Below are positions 10,147 to 19,478 of a stretch of 64,000 nt of DNA, piece by piece. The position numbers and the translations under genes were made by a program. Within the stretch, counting starts at the first letter, position 1; every line of letters begins with the position of its first letter. The DNA is from an uncultured Candidatus Saccharibacteria bacterium. GTDB lineage: Bacteria; Patescibacteriota; Minisyncoccia; Phycocordibacterales; UBA6065. The notes under the pieces are model-generated. The model worked only from the letters and a program-made list of their open reading frames with translations. It had not been told where the DNA came from and ran no database searches. The stretch spans positions 78,570 to 142,569 of the forward strand of contig CAZBVG010000002.1 in assembly GCA_964495425.1 (NCBI GenBank), written 5' to 3'.

Positions 10147-10264
10147 ACTATCCCTGTCTCTGCTTATGACGCGGATTTGACTTGCAAACAATAAAAACGT
10201 AGCCCTTTCGTCGAACTACCTTGCAGTTTGCACATTTCTTTTGAACTGATGACTTTACTCGCAT
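10147..10264 (-). CDS. rpmJ: 50S ribosomal protein L36, with an apparent +1 frameshift (one extra nucleotide near 10199-10204)
   Basis: Not in the ORF track (<60 aa). My translation from ATG at 10264 gives [21 protein letters not shown]. The next frame then continues [17 protein letters not shown] (canonical L36 C-terminus with zinc-ribbon Cys/His). The two parts are separated by one extra base. Confidence 0.6.
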
Positions 10265-10304
10265 GGGTTTCTTGGTTTCTTATAATGTTTAGTACCTAAA
10301 TCGA

Positions 10305-10517
10305 CTACATTCTCTGAATGATCCTTCCCTTGCCGCCATACGGTTCAAGTTCAAGGCGCACCTTATCTCCGACAAGGACACGAATGCGGTTCATTCTCAT
10401 TTTACCTGCTAGGTAAGTAAGAATTTCAGTACCGTCTTCGAGCTTTACTCGGAAAAACGTGTTTGGCAGAGCCTCTGTGACTACGCCGTTTACGCTGGTT
10501 TTGTTTTGGTCTGTCAT
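10305..10517 (-). CDS. infA: Translation initiation factor IF-1
   Basis: 70-aa S1-like OB-fold protein (…[42 protein letters not shown]…). Confidence 0.93.
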   Translation of the reverse strand: MTDQNKTSVNGVVTEALPNTFFRVKLEDGTEILTYLAGKMRMNRIRVLVGDKVRLELEPYGGKGRIIQRM

Positions 10518-10580
10518 TTAGAACGTGGGTTGCAGTATAAACCGAGATGATTAAAAAGTCAAAGCAGAAATATACCCCTG

Positions 10581-11951
10581 TTATTTCTTATCGATTGTGA
10601 TTCTTTCGAGGGATGTTGGGAACTTGCGTAGCCAGAAAGGACGGATAGAAATATCGGCCTTTTCTATCATCTTGTACTGTGAAAGTATCGTCGGAACATC
10701 TGATCCCGGTTTACCTGCGAGAGCCTGTTTTAGCGCTAGTTCATCATATGTCCATTCAAATGCTGAAGTGCCAGTAAGCGTAAATGAGATGTTGTCTACG
10801 GTTGGTCGGAAGTCGCCTTTTGGTGTGAAGTTTAGTTTATCGAGGTTGGTTATAAGGATAGTTTCACCCTTGTAGTCGCCGATCTGCTGTTTTGCTACGG
10901 CAGCTGAGAGCTTAGCCTTATCAAATATTATTAGTGAGAGTGTGCCCTCTTCTTTTAGAACAACGCTATCACCACTCGCTTCCTCAGGAAGTTGGGCAAA
11001 ATCAATCCGCATAGCCTTATCAAAAAGAATCTGATCATTTGCAACCTGACCTGGAGCCAACTTGGTTAACTCAGCCAATAATTTAGATTCGATAGCTGTC
11101 TTTGCCTTTGCACGATCAGCATCTGCGACAACCTTTTGAATACCTGAAAATCCTCCTGCAAGCGGTGTCTTAGAACGAGCGTAGAATGTTGTGTATCGTG
11201 GATCTCCCTTAAAGCCAGGTATGGTGAAATCCTTTAAGCCGACATTGTACTTTTCTCCCGCTTCATCAGCCGTAACAACAGCTTCAACTGATCCGGGGGT
11301 AGTTCCCTTTTTGCCTGGAACTGTTACAGAATCAGAGATTCGATAAATGAGACCTTCTGGCGTAGAAAAACGAGTGTTTTTAATGAGTCTCTGTGAGGCA
11401 GTGCTGTAGTTATTGTAAATGATGATGGTACCTGTCGCTTTTTTATCAACCTGCTTTTCACCATTTGCTTTAACTGTTTCTGATGCCGTTTGTTTAACAG
11501 TTACCACCTGAAATGGAAGCTCATCACCTGAGGCGTTCTTCTTTGCAACAATCTCAGAGGTTATTGGAAGTGAAAGTGTTCGAGGAAAGACCGTAAGTGT
11601 AGCACCGTGGAAAAGAGTTGAAGTGGCAAAAGCAAGAGCGAGCACAACAAGAATTGCACCAAGCGAATACCAAAGACCAGTTCGTCTCTTACCCGGATTT
11701 CTTGGGGGTTCTTCGTCAGATGTATGTTCTTCAACAAGTGGTTCCGGTTCATGAGGGATAAATTCCTGAACTGGTTCCTTATGAATTTTTACTTTTTGGG
11801 TAAATTCGTCATCTCTATCTAGGGGACGCTCTTTTTTGACAGGTTCTTTGACGACTGGTCGCTCAACAATACGTGGTCGTGACTCAGGGATAGGAATATT
11901 CCTGATTGTTCGACCGTCTTTTGGAACTATGTCTTGCATTTTTCGAGCCAT
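10581..11951 (-). CDS. Hypothetical membrane-anchored protein (charged N-terminus, one TM helix, ~330-aa extracytoplasmic domain)
   Basis: TM segment LWYSLGAILVVLALAFATSTLF. No recognisable catalytic motifs. Immediately downstream of the PilM/FtsA-like gene. Confidence 0.55.
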   Translation of the reverse strand: MARKMQDIVPKDGRTIRNIPIPESRPRIVERPVVKEPVKKERPLDRDDEFTQKVKIHKEPVQEFIPHEPEPLVEEHTSDEEPPRNPGKRRTGLWYSLGAILVVLALAFATSTLFHGATLTVFPRTLSLPITSEIVAKKNASGDELPFQVVTVKQTASETVKANGEKQVDKKATGTIIIYNNYSTASQRLIKNTRFSTPEGLIYRISDSVTVPGKKGTTPGSVEAVVTADEAGEKYNVGLKDFTIPGFKGDPRYTTFYARSKTPLAGGFSGIQKVVADADRAKAKTAIESKLLAELTKLAPGQVANDQILFDKAMRIDFAQLPEEASGDSVVLKEEGTLSLIIFDKAKLSAAVAKQQIGDYKGETILITNLDKLNFTPKGDFRPTVDNISFTLTGTSAFEWTYDELALKQALAGKPGSDVPTILSQYKMIEKADISIRPFWLRKFPTSLERITIDKK

Positions 11952-11968
11952 TTGATTTCAATTATACA

Positions 11969-13177
11969 CTATTTCAATTTTGCTTCGTAGAGTCTGCCGG
12001 CAAATGCTGCCAAAATCGCTACGAAAGGATCCTTGTCTGCATGTTTTCCGAACGTAACGACTGATTTGAGGCTTTCATGATTGATAAGGATCGCGGAAAG
12101 TGAAAAATCGTTTACGCCAAATTCAGAAATTTTTTCATTTCGCAGCACAGTCATAAAGAAATGTACGAAATCGTTGTAGATAATTGCGTACACCGTAGTA
12201 GGAAGAGACATTTTTTCGGAAAGTCTCGTGAGAACATTTCGAAAGCCCTCCATCCATTCTTCCGATGCCTGCGTGATAATCGGTTTGAGTTTTGCCTCCA
12301 CCGCTGGATCGATATGTCCCTCATGATAAAGCTTTACAAGTGACGCTGCTTCCTCTGCTGTTACGCCCATAAGCTTGCCAATACGTCGTACGATGAAATT
12401 TCTGCCTAGAGGAAAGCTTGCGGTTTCCGTGAGAACGCTGTCTTTGACGATAGTAAGATCAGAAACTTCCCCACCGACATCAAGGAGCATGAAATCGCTT
12501 TGATCATGATAGATATCACGAATGATTGAATAGGTTGCCAATGAAAGTGACGAAACGATCGTGTCCTTTGGATGATATGTGGTGATTGAAATATCAAATA
12601 CCTTATCTAAAACAGCCTTTGGGACGATACTTACGAACACAGAGATATCTGCCCGCTTTGCGGTTTTGCCGTATGGTGCAAGAATCTCATATCCATTGAG
12701 CTTTATTTGAACAACTCGCTTTTCTACCGCACGAAGAGCATCTTTTAATTCAGCATCCCCGAGTGTTTCCTGTTCGAATGCCTTTTCTTGGGCATCAATA
12801 ACAGCTGTAACCATATCCTGAGTAAGTGTAAAACCTTCAGGCTTGCTTATGGTAGAGATTTTAGTTTGCGTAACAGCCCAAGGTGATGAAAATACGTAAT
12901 AAACATGCTTTATTTTAAGCTCACCGAATTCTGTAAACTTTAGATGAGTCAGACCTTCCTTTGCGAGGCGTGAATTTACAATTTTGAGTGTGTCGAGCAT
13001 GTCTGAAAAGAATTGCTCGGGATTGAGATTCTCTTGGTAGCGAATAAGCTCTCGCAGCATATAAATAATCTGCGGTAATTCACCTTTATTAAAGCGTACG
13101 AGACCGGCCGCAATAGATGAAGAGCCGATGTGAAGAACAAGACCGAGCTCTGGTTCTGGTCGAAAAAGAGGAGACAT
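11969..13177 (-). CDS. Actin-like ATPase, PilM/FtsA family
   Basis: Phosphate-1-like LVLHIGSSSIAAGLV and phosphate-2-like LLDVGGEVSDLTIV motifs of the actin/Hsp70 fold. Confidence 0.55.
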   Translation of the reverse strand: MSPLFRPEPELGLVLHIGSSSIAAGLVRFNKGELPQIIYMLRELIRYQENLNPEQFFSDMLDTLKIVNSRLAKEGLTHLKFTEFGELKIKHVYYVFSSPWAVTQTKISTISKPEGFTLTQDMVTAVIDAQEKAFEQETLGDAELKDALRAVEKRVVQIKLNGYEILAPYGKTAKRADISVFVSIVPKAVLDKVFDISITTYHPKDTIVSSLSLATYSIIRDIYHDQSDFMLLDVGGEVSDLTIVKDSVLTETASFPLGRNFIVRRIGKLMGVTAEEAASLVKLYHEGHIDPAVEAKLKPIITQASEEWMEGFRNVLTRLSEKMSLPTTVYAIIYNDFVHFFMTVLRNEKISEFGVNDFSLSAILINHESLKSVVTFGKHADKDPFVAILAAFAGRLYEAKLK

Positions 13178-13236
13178 GCCTCTATTATAGCCTGAAATAT
13201 ACCCATCTCAACGTGGATAAGAAAATCTACGTAGAT

Positions 13237-15060
13237 TTAGTTAAGAACCGCTTTGATTCGTCGTACCCCAGCTGACACAGCTTCCTCTTTTTGGATTTTG
13301 AATGTACCGAGAATTCCAATGTTTTCAACGTGAGGACCACCGCAGAACTCTTTTGAGTATGCCGACTGCATCGTATCTCCAATATAGTAGACAGAAACAA
13401 TATCGCCGTATTTATCGCCAAAGAAATGAAGGGCACCTGTCTTTTCTGCCTCATCTTTAGGAAGTTCTACACGATGAACGGCCAATTTTGCCTTAATTTT
13501 TGAATTAACAATATCCTCAACCTTCTTTTTTTCCTCATCAGTCATTTTTGCTGTATGGGTAAAGTCGAAACGAAGTCGTTCTGGGGTGATATTTGACCCC
13601 TTTTGAGATACATGCGTCCCCAACACTTCTCGAAGCGCCTGATGAAGCAGATGGGTCGCGGTATGGTATTTAACTGACATTTCTGAGGTATCTCCGAGTC
13701 CGCCTTTAAATTTCTGCTCTGCACCCGCACGAGAAAGATCCTGATGCTTTTTAAATTCGATATCGAATGCTTTTACATCGACTTCAATCCCCTTTTCCTT
13801 TGCAAGTTCCTTGGTTACATCAATCGGCAATCCGTATGATGAAAATAATACAAATGCATCTGAACCCGAAAGAAGCTTGGTGTTTTTGGTGAATTTTTCA
13901 AACTGTACGGTAGCCTGAGAAAGGGCCTGGGCAAATTTATTGCATTCTTCATTAAGAACATGCTTGATATGATCAATTTTTTCTGAAAGTTCTGGGTACG
14001 CCCCTGCATAAGTTGCCACAATAGTATCTACAAAGACGCCAATGCGGTTTTCATCAAGTTTTTTGTCGGTGGTGTTGATTACTGCACGTCGAATGAGACG
14101 GCGGAGGATATATCCGCGATCGGTATTTGAAGGAATCACACCATCAGCTATGAGGAATGTGCTTGCTCGAAGATGATCAGCGATTATTCGCTTATTTTTA
14201 AGATCATTTTGAGCCTTTGCCATGAGATTCATGACCGGTTTCAAAAGATCGGTGTCATAGATGTTGTCTACTCCTTGCAAAGTCATTGTGAGACGCTCGA
14301 GACCGGCACCAGTATCAACGGATGGCTTTGGGAGCTTGCCTATGATCTTTCCGTTTTTCTTTTCATACTGCATGAACACATCGTTCCAGATTTCAATTAC
14401 ATCTCGAACATCGTCAGCTTCTACATACTCTGCATGGGTCAGTGTCTTGCCTCCAAATTTATTAGAAACATCATAAAACATTTCGGTATCAGGCCCGCAT
14501 GGTCCGTTATCACCTGCTTCCCACCAATTATTTTTTGCAGGTAAATAGAATATTCGCCCTGAAGCACCCTTTGTTGTATCACCGCCAAAATCGATCTTAT
14601 GCTTCGTAAATACATCTTTCCAAATTTGTGCAGCCTCATCATCTCGAGGGGCGTTTGCGTCGCCCTCAAAAACAGTCACGTAGAGTCGTTTAGGATCAAG
14701 ACCCAAACCTTCCTCCTTTGATGTGAGAAATTCATAGCTCCATGTTATTGCCTCCTTTTTGAAATAATCACCAAGTGACCAGTTTCCAAGCATTTCAAAG
14801 AATGTCGCGTGGGTTTTGTCACCAATGTCTTCAAGGTCTACCGTACGCATGCATTTCTGAACATCCACCAGACGAGTACCTTTTGGATGAGGTTTTCCAA
14901 GCAAAAATGGCACAAGCGGCTGCATGCCTGCAGTATTAAAGAGCGTCGCGTTTGTTACCCCTTTTTCATCGGGGGTGACGAGACTTGCCGAAGGGATAAC
15001 TGCATGCTGCCTTTTCTCAAAAAAGGCCAAAAAACGCTTACGGACTTCGCTTGATTTCAT
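13237..15060 (-). CDS. alaS: Alanine--tRNA ligase, short form (catalytic + tRNA-recognition + editing domain, no C-Ala domain)
   Basis: AlaRS N-terminal motifs, editing-domain HxxxH (HTATHLLHQALREVLGTH) and CGGPHV. Only 607 aa. Confidence 0.9.
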   Translation of the reverse strand: MKSSEVRKRFLAFFEKRQHAVIPSASLVTPDEKGVTNATLFNTAGMQPLVPFLLGKPHPKGTRLVDVQKCMRTVDLEDIGDKTHATFFEMLGNWSLGDYFKKEAITWSYEFLTSKEEGLGLDPKRLYVTVFEGDANAPRDDEAAQIWKDVFTKHKIDFGGDTTKGASGRIFYLPAKNNWWEAGDNGPCGPDTEMFYDVSNKFGGKTLTHAEYVEADDVRDVIEIWNDVFMQYEKKNGKIIGKLPKPSVDTGAGLERLTMTLQGVDNIYDTDLLKPVMNLMAKAQNDLKNKRIIADHLRASTFLIADGVIPSNTDRGYILRRLIRRAVINTTDKKLDENRIGVFVDTIVATYAGAYPELSEKIDHIKHVLNEECNKFAQALSQATVQFEKFTKNTKLLSGSDAFVLFSSYGLPIDVTKELAKEKGIEVDVKAFDIEFKKHQDLSRAGAEQKFKGGLGDTSEMSVKYHTATHLLHQALREVLGTHVSQKGSNITPERLRFDFTHTAKMTDEEKKKVEDIVNSKIKAKLAVHRVELPKDEAEKTGALHFFGDKYGDIVSVYYIGDTMQSAYSKEFCGGPHVENIGILGTFKIQKEEAVSAGVRRIKAVLN

Positions 15061-15096
15061 GGGCTACAATGTAGCACAAATTCGTGCTAAGGAAAA

Positions 15097-15519
15097 TTAT
15101 TTGAGGCTAATAAGAAAGATACCTCCGGCAATAAAGAGAGAACCAACCGCGGCCTTCCAACCAAAACTCTCGCCTAGAAAAAGAGCCGCAAAAACCGCTA
15201 CGAATATAATACTTGTTCTATCGATTGCAGAAACTGCTGTTGCGTTGCCATTTTTTAGGGCAAAGAAATAGAAAAGCCATGACAATGCCCCAGCGATACC
15301 CGAGAGCGAAATCATAAGCCACTCTTTTCCGGTGAATGAGGCTAAGCTAAATCCTTGAAACTTCTTGAGAGTTAACGCAACGCAAACCAAGAATGCTGCC
15401 ATTATTATCGAACGGACTGAAGTGGCGAGCGTCGAGTCTAGGTTTTTAAGTCCTATCTTTCCAAAAATCGCTACAAGTGAAGCAAAAAATGCTGACAAGA
15501 ATGCATATACAATCCACAT
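15097..15519 (-). CDS. Small EamA-like/DMT-superfamily membrane protein
   Basis: 140 aa, four predicted TM helices, EamA-like hydrophobic pattern. Confidence 0.55.
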   Translation of the reverse strand: MWIVYAFLSAFFASLVAIFGKIGLKNLDSTLATSVRSIIMAAFLVCVALTLKKFQGFSLASFTGKEWLMISLSGIAGALSWLFYFFALKNGNATAVSAIDRTSIIFVAVFAALFLGESFGWKAAVGSLFIAGGIFLISLK

Positions 15520-15523
15520 GCAC

Positions 15524-17281
15524 CTATTGTATACCAGCGGTCAATTTTTCCAACTGATCAATATCCTTGTCTATCGATGCGAGACCCTTTTCCCAAAAAT
15601 GAGGCTTTGTGACATCTATACCAATAGATTTAAAGATATTTTCTGGCGAGTCACTACCTCCAGCAGATAAGAATTTGTTTATTTTTTCGATATACGTTTT
15701 ATCTTCCTTATACTTTGCATAGAGCGCCTTTGAAATAAGCTGTCCGAAGGCATATGAATATACATAAAAGAATCGACGAATATGGCTCCACGAAACAAAA
15801 TGGTTTCCATCAAGTGGTTGCATTTTCATAATAGGACCTAGATATGAAGCCATGTGCTTGTTTAGCATTTCTCCAATTTCCTCTCGAGTTACTGCGCCCT
15901 TTTTACGAATTGTCGTATGAAGCTCTCTCTCAAAATTAAAACAGGCAATTTGGCGGAAAATAGTTTGAATGTCATCATTAATTTTTTTGTGAAGCGCAAG
16001 AATCTTTTCTTTATGGGAAAGCTTCTCAAAGACCGCATCAAAAACCATTGATTCAAAAAAGGTGCTGGCAACTTCGGCAGTAGAGGTTGTGTAATTTTGA
16101 TATAACGCTGTCTGCGCTTTTGAAAATTCGGTATGAATAGCATGCCCCATCTCATGAGCGAATGTCATTACCTGATCCATGCTGTTTGTGTAATTTAGAA
16201 GTACAAATGTCGGTACATTGGTACCCCCTCCGCAATATGCACCGTCTGTCTTTCCTATTTTTGGAAACACATCTATCTGTCCGTTCTCTAAAAATGTTTC
16301 AAGTATAGACAAATAACGCTTGTCTGCAGAACCAAACACGTCTTTTAAAATACCAGCAGCCTCTTCAAATGTAATTTCTTTTGTATTTTCACCGATACCC
16401 ACTGCGCGATCAGAATATTCTAGATGAGGAAGTTTAAGTAATTTTGCTTTGAGATTATAAAATCTATGGCTGATTGAGTATCGTTTCGTAACAGCGGAAA
16501 CAAGCGCAAGGACACTCTTCGCATCATTTTGGTAGCCTAAAACAGTGGCATCGTAAGGCTCTTTGAATCCTCTTAACTCATCGTTGATCTTTTTATCAGT
16601 AGCAATGGCATTAATTTCGCTTTCTGCGATTTCACTTACGCCCTTGAGAGTATTCATGACTGCTGCGTGGAGTTCACGACGTTCCTTGAGTGGCAATTCA
16701 TGAATTTTACTAGACGCTTCGCCCAAAGGCATTTTTTTACCCTTATATGTGACAACCTGTTTATTCAAAATTTTATCTGTTGCAGTGATCCAGTGCACAT
16801 ACGCTGGAATTGATTTAAGTCCGAGAATTTTTTCCTCTGATTCAGAAAGGTCATGCTTTGCTCGGCGGAAAACTGTATAAAGGTAATACGAGTAATGAGA
16901 AAGTTTCTTACTTTTTAGAAATTTCTTCTGTAGTGTAGCCGGAATTTTTGCTAACGAAAGCTCAAAGAAAACCACTTTGTTCTCATTTAACTGAAGCCGA
17001 GACATGAGCTTGGAAGACATCGCGCGAGATTCAGCATCATTAAAGAGATCCATGTGATAATGGAAGTACATAAGAGGCTTTGAAAGAGGATTTTGTTCAA
17101 AAATTGCCTCAAAATCGCTTAGCGCCTGAAGCAGTTTTGACTCATTTTTAAGATACGCTGATGTGCCCTTATACTTTTTTTCAAATTTAGAGTAGGCAGC
17201 CTCAAATGCCTTAACATCCTTTTCAATGTGAGGGTCAGTATGGCTTTTATAGAGCAAAGCAAGGTTCCAGGTGGTCTGCAT
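15524..17281 (-). CDS. pepF: Oligoendopeptidase F (M3 family zinc metallopeptidase)
   Basis: HEXXH zinc motif HEMGHAIH and M3B-like length and organisation. Confidence 0.85.
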   Translation of the reverse strand: MQTTWNLALLYKSHTDPHIEKDVKAFEAAYSKFEKKYKGTSAYLKNESKLLQALSDFEAIFEQNPLSKPLMYFHYHMDLFNDAESRAMSSKLMSRLQLNENKVVFFELSLAKIPATLQKKFLKSKKLSHYSYYLYTVFRRAKHDLSESEEKILGLKSIPAYVHWITATDKILNKQVVTYKGKKMPLGEASSKIHELPLKERRELHAAVMNTLKGVSEIAESEINAIATDKKINDELRGFKEPYDATVLGYQNDAKSVLALVSAVTKRYSISHRFYNLKAKLLKLPHLEYSDRAVGIGENTKEITFEEAAGILKDVFGSADKRYLSILETFLENGQIDVFPKIGKTDGAYCGGGTNVPTFVLLNYTNSMDQVMTFAHEMGHAIHTEFSKAQTALYQNYTTSTAEVASTFFESMVFDAVFEKLSHKEKILALHKKINDDIQTIFRQIACFNFERELHTTIRKKGAVTREEIGEMLNKHMASYLGPIMKMQPLDGNHFVSWSHIRRFFYVYSYAFGQLISKALYAKYKEDKTYIEKINKFLSAGGSDSPENIFKSIGIDVTKPHFWEKGLASIDKDIDQLEKLTAGIQ

Positions 17282-17282
17282 A

Positions 17283-17876
17283 TTATGTGTATTTCTTTAC
17301 AATTTTAAAATCGTTCAAAAGTTCTGCCCTCATTCCTCCGTTGTATAAGGCTACAGCTGGGTGATATAAAGCTATCACAATGACTTCACCATATAAAGTT
17401 TTTGCTTTGAATTCTTTACCATGAATTTTCGAAATTACGTTTAGGTCTGCTGCGATGCCATAGTTTTCGAAAATATATTTCATGGAATGACGGCCCAAGG
17501 TAACGATTGCTTTTGGTTTTAAAATTTCAATCTGTTGTTTAAGAAATGGGCCATATAAAGCAATTTCTGAGGTACTCGGGTCTCGATTCTCCGGAGGACG
17601 ATCCTTAACAAGATTTGTTATATACACTTTGGATCGATCCATCTGTATGGATGCTAACAGTTCATCTAAAAACTTTCCTGATCTGCCACAGAATGGTCTA
17701 CCTGACTTGGCTTCGTTTTCTCCCGGTGCTTCGCCGACAAACATTATATTAGCCTCACAATTTCCTTCCCCAATCACGGGAATATAATTATGTTCTTTAC
17801 GAAACTGGTACAGAGGAGATTGCGTTAAATGCAGTAGTTCGTTACTGATTTGTGTAAGTCTATCGGCATTAGTCAT
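17283..17876 (-). CDS. Uracil-DNA glycosylase, family 4
   Basis: GEAPGENEAKSGRPFCGRSGKFLD and HPAVALYN motifs typical of family-4 UDG. Start probably the ATG at 17876 rather than the ORF-track start at 17906, because a terminator hairpin lies upstream of it. Confidence 0.8.
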   Translation of the reverse strand: MTNADRLTQISNELLHLTQSPLYQFRKEHNYIPVIGEGNCEANIMFVGEAPGENEAKSGRPFCGRSGKFLDELLASIQMDRSKVYITNLVKDRPPENRDPSTSEIALYGPFLKQQIEILKPKAIVTLGRHSMKYIFENYGIAADLNVISKIHGKEFKAKTLYGEVIVIALYHPAVALYNGGMRAELLNDFKIVKKYT

Positions 17877-17895
17877 GGGCAAAGTATAACAAAAT

Positions 17896-17921
17896 AAAAA
17901 ACTCACCCGGCAATCGGGTGA
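17896..17921 (-). terminator. Hairpin CACCCG-GCAA-CGGGTG + T-run on minus, overlapping the stop codon of the 130-aa ORF
   Basis: Stem-loop followed by TTTTTTATTTT on the minus strand. Confidence 0.4.
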
Positions 17922-18295
17922 GTGAGATGAATTCGTTTTTTGCTCAGTCTATGAAGACGAACAAAATACTTCATGACTCTCTCAGCGGTCGGAAATTGTT
18001 CAGCGAACGCTTCCGGACCTCCGTTTTCCGTCCAATGCTTAACAACTTCCTCTCGTGTTACAGGCCGATTGTATGAAAGACCGGCCAAATACACGCTGTT
18101 AGGATCTTGACTGAAGTACTCCTGTGCAACGGAACGAATAAACGAGCCGCGACAGTTTGATTCTTGCTGAAGTCTGGTTACCTCAGCTTTCAATTGGGCA
18201 ATTTCGTTTTCAAGTTGAATAATTCGAGACTTATCGTTGAAATGGAGCACTTGCCCCACGTCGATACTGACAGGGTCATTGGTCTGCGGAATCAT
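17903..18295 (-). CDS. Hypothetical protein (130 aa)
   Basis: ORF in operon orientation between ogt and UDG. Coiled-coil-like N-terminal segment. No motif recognised. Confidence 0.45.
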   Translation of the reverse strand: MIPQTNDPVSIDVGQVLHFNDKSRIIQLENEIAQLKAEVTRLQQESNCRGSFIRSVAQEYFSQDPNSVYLAGLSYNRPVTREEVVKHWTENGGPEAFAEQFPTAERVMKYFVRLHRLSKKRIHLTHPIAG

Positions 18296-18366
18296 ATCAA
18301 GTAAGGGGTTTACAATCTACCCATATAGTGAACCTCAGAGCCCGAAAAAGCTAGTAAGTTATTCAC

Positions 18367-18666
18367 CTATGGCATACTTACACCTTCAGATTGCAGAAGC
18401 GCAACCTTTGCTTTGCTTCCCTTTGTACCACCCCGAATACCGTTGTAGCCTCCTACATGGCCATCTGAACGAATAACTCGGTGGCAAGGTATGGATAGAT
18501 CAGTATTGCGTGACATGATCATGCCGACCGCCCGAGCACCATGAGGACTTCCCGCACGCAAAGCAACATCACGATACGTTAGTGTTGCGCCAGATGGTAT
18601 GTTGCGAACGATATGTTCTACTTTCTCTTTAAAGGAGACTTGCTGTTTTGTTGCTTGATTCGTCAT
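18367..18666 (-). CDS. ogt: Methylated-DNA--protein-cysteine methyltransferase, minimal single-domain form (~99 aa)
   Basis: MGMT active-site motif PCHRVI plus HTH region (TYRDVALRAG…). I placed the start at the internal ATG (18666) preceded by an AAGAAAAAAG stretch. It overlaps the upstream gene by 38 nt. Confidence 0.7.
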   Translation of the reverse strand: MTNQATKQQVSFKEKVEHIVRNIPSGATLTYRDVALRAGSPHGARAVGMIMSRNTDLSIPCHRVIRSDGHVGGYNGIRGGTKGSKAKVALLQSEGVSMP

Positions 18667-19477
18667 CTTTTTTCTTGGTAGTTTTCTTTTCGCTCTTATC
18701 TTCAGACTTCTTGGCTGGTTTCGCAAATTTTGCCTGGACTTCCATAGCCAATTTTCGATAGTTGCAATACTCACATAATGTTCCTGGTTGAGGAAGTTCT
18801 TCTTTATCAAGACAGTCCTTGGCGTTGAGGATGGTCTTTTCAACCCAATCGTCTGAACCCGTATACGGAATGAGTGTGACTTCGAATTCTAACTTTCCAT
18901 CGAATGCTTTCTTATCACGTAGACCATTTGCATACACAAAATAACCAGTATCTGAGACCTTAAATCCCTTTCGACGCAATAACCATTGATACACCTCCAT
19001 TTGTCGCTTATATCCATCCTGCCACTCCGCATCGAGATTTACTTTTTCATCCTTAGACGTTGACTTGTAGTCAACTACAATAAGCTCTCCTTTTGGATTA
19101 ACCCACACGTCGTCAACGGCACCGCTAATAAGAAGTCCGGATTTGTCATGTCTGTATTGAATACCTTCAAAATTTTCACGCCACGTATTCATATCAGCGT
19201 GGGCAAACGGTATTGCATCAACACCGTATTCTGTCATAAGCGGATGCGAGGTTTTTGCAATACGATGCGCATCGAATTCCTTTTTTAAAAGATGATCAAC
19301 GGCAGAGTTAAGATTAAACGGAAAACCCTTTGGTCGAGAGACGCCAAGTTTATTATCAACATAAAAACATCTTGGGCACTCAACAAAAAGATCGATTTTT
19401 GATCGAGATAGTTTCCATTTTGAGCCGCCGTAATTCCAATCGGCGCTTCGCTTGCCTTTTAAAGGAAATGCTCCCAT
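18629..19477 (-). CDS. PD-(D/E)xK nuclease, Cas4/RecB-like, with 2+2 cysteines (putative Fe-S)
   Basis: N-terminal CPRCFY (Cas4-like CPRxFY), motif II GAVDDVW, motif III IVVDYKS, QxxxY (RQMEVYQW), C-terminal CEYC. Lys-rich acidic tail. Confidence 0.6.
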   Translation of the reverse strand: MGAFPLKGKRSADWNYGGSKWKLSRSKIDLFVECPRCFYVDNKLGVSRPKGFPFNLNSAVDHLLKKEFDAHRIAKTSHPLMTEYGVDAIPFAHADMNTWRENFEGIQYRHDKSGLLISGAVDDVWVNPKGELIVVDYKSTSKDEKVNLDAEWQDGYKRQMEVYQWLLRRKGFKVSDTGYFVYANGLRDKKAFDGKLEFEVTLIPYTGSDDWVEKTILNAKDCLDKEELPQPGTLCEYCNYRKLAMEVQAKFAKPAKKSEDKSEKKTTKKKDDESSNKTASLL

Positions 19478-19478
19478 G

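Noticed and set aside
18667-18843. N-terminal 59-codon extension of the ogt ORF (MKRPSSTPRTVLIKK…)
   Set aside because: It is low-complexity and basic, and overlaps the upstream nuclease gene. The MGMT domain begins cleanly at the internal ATG (18666), which is preceded by a purine-rich stretch.
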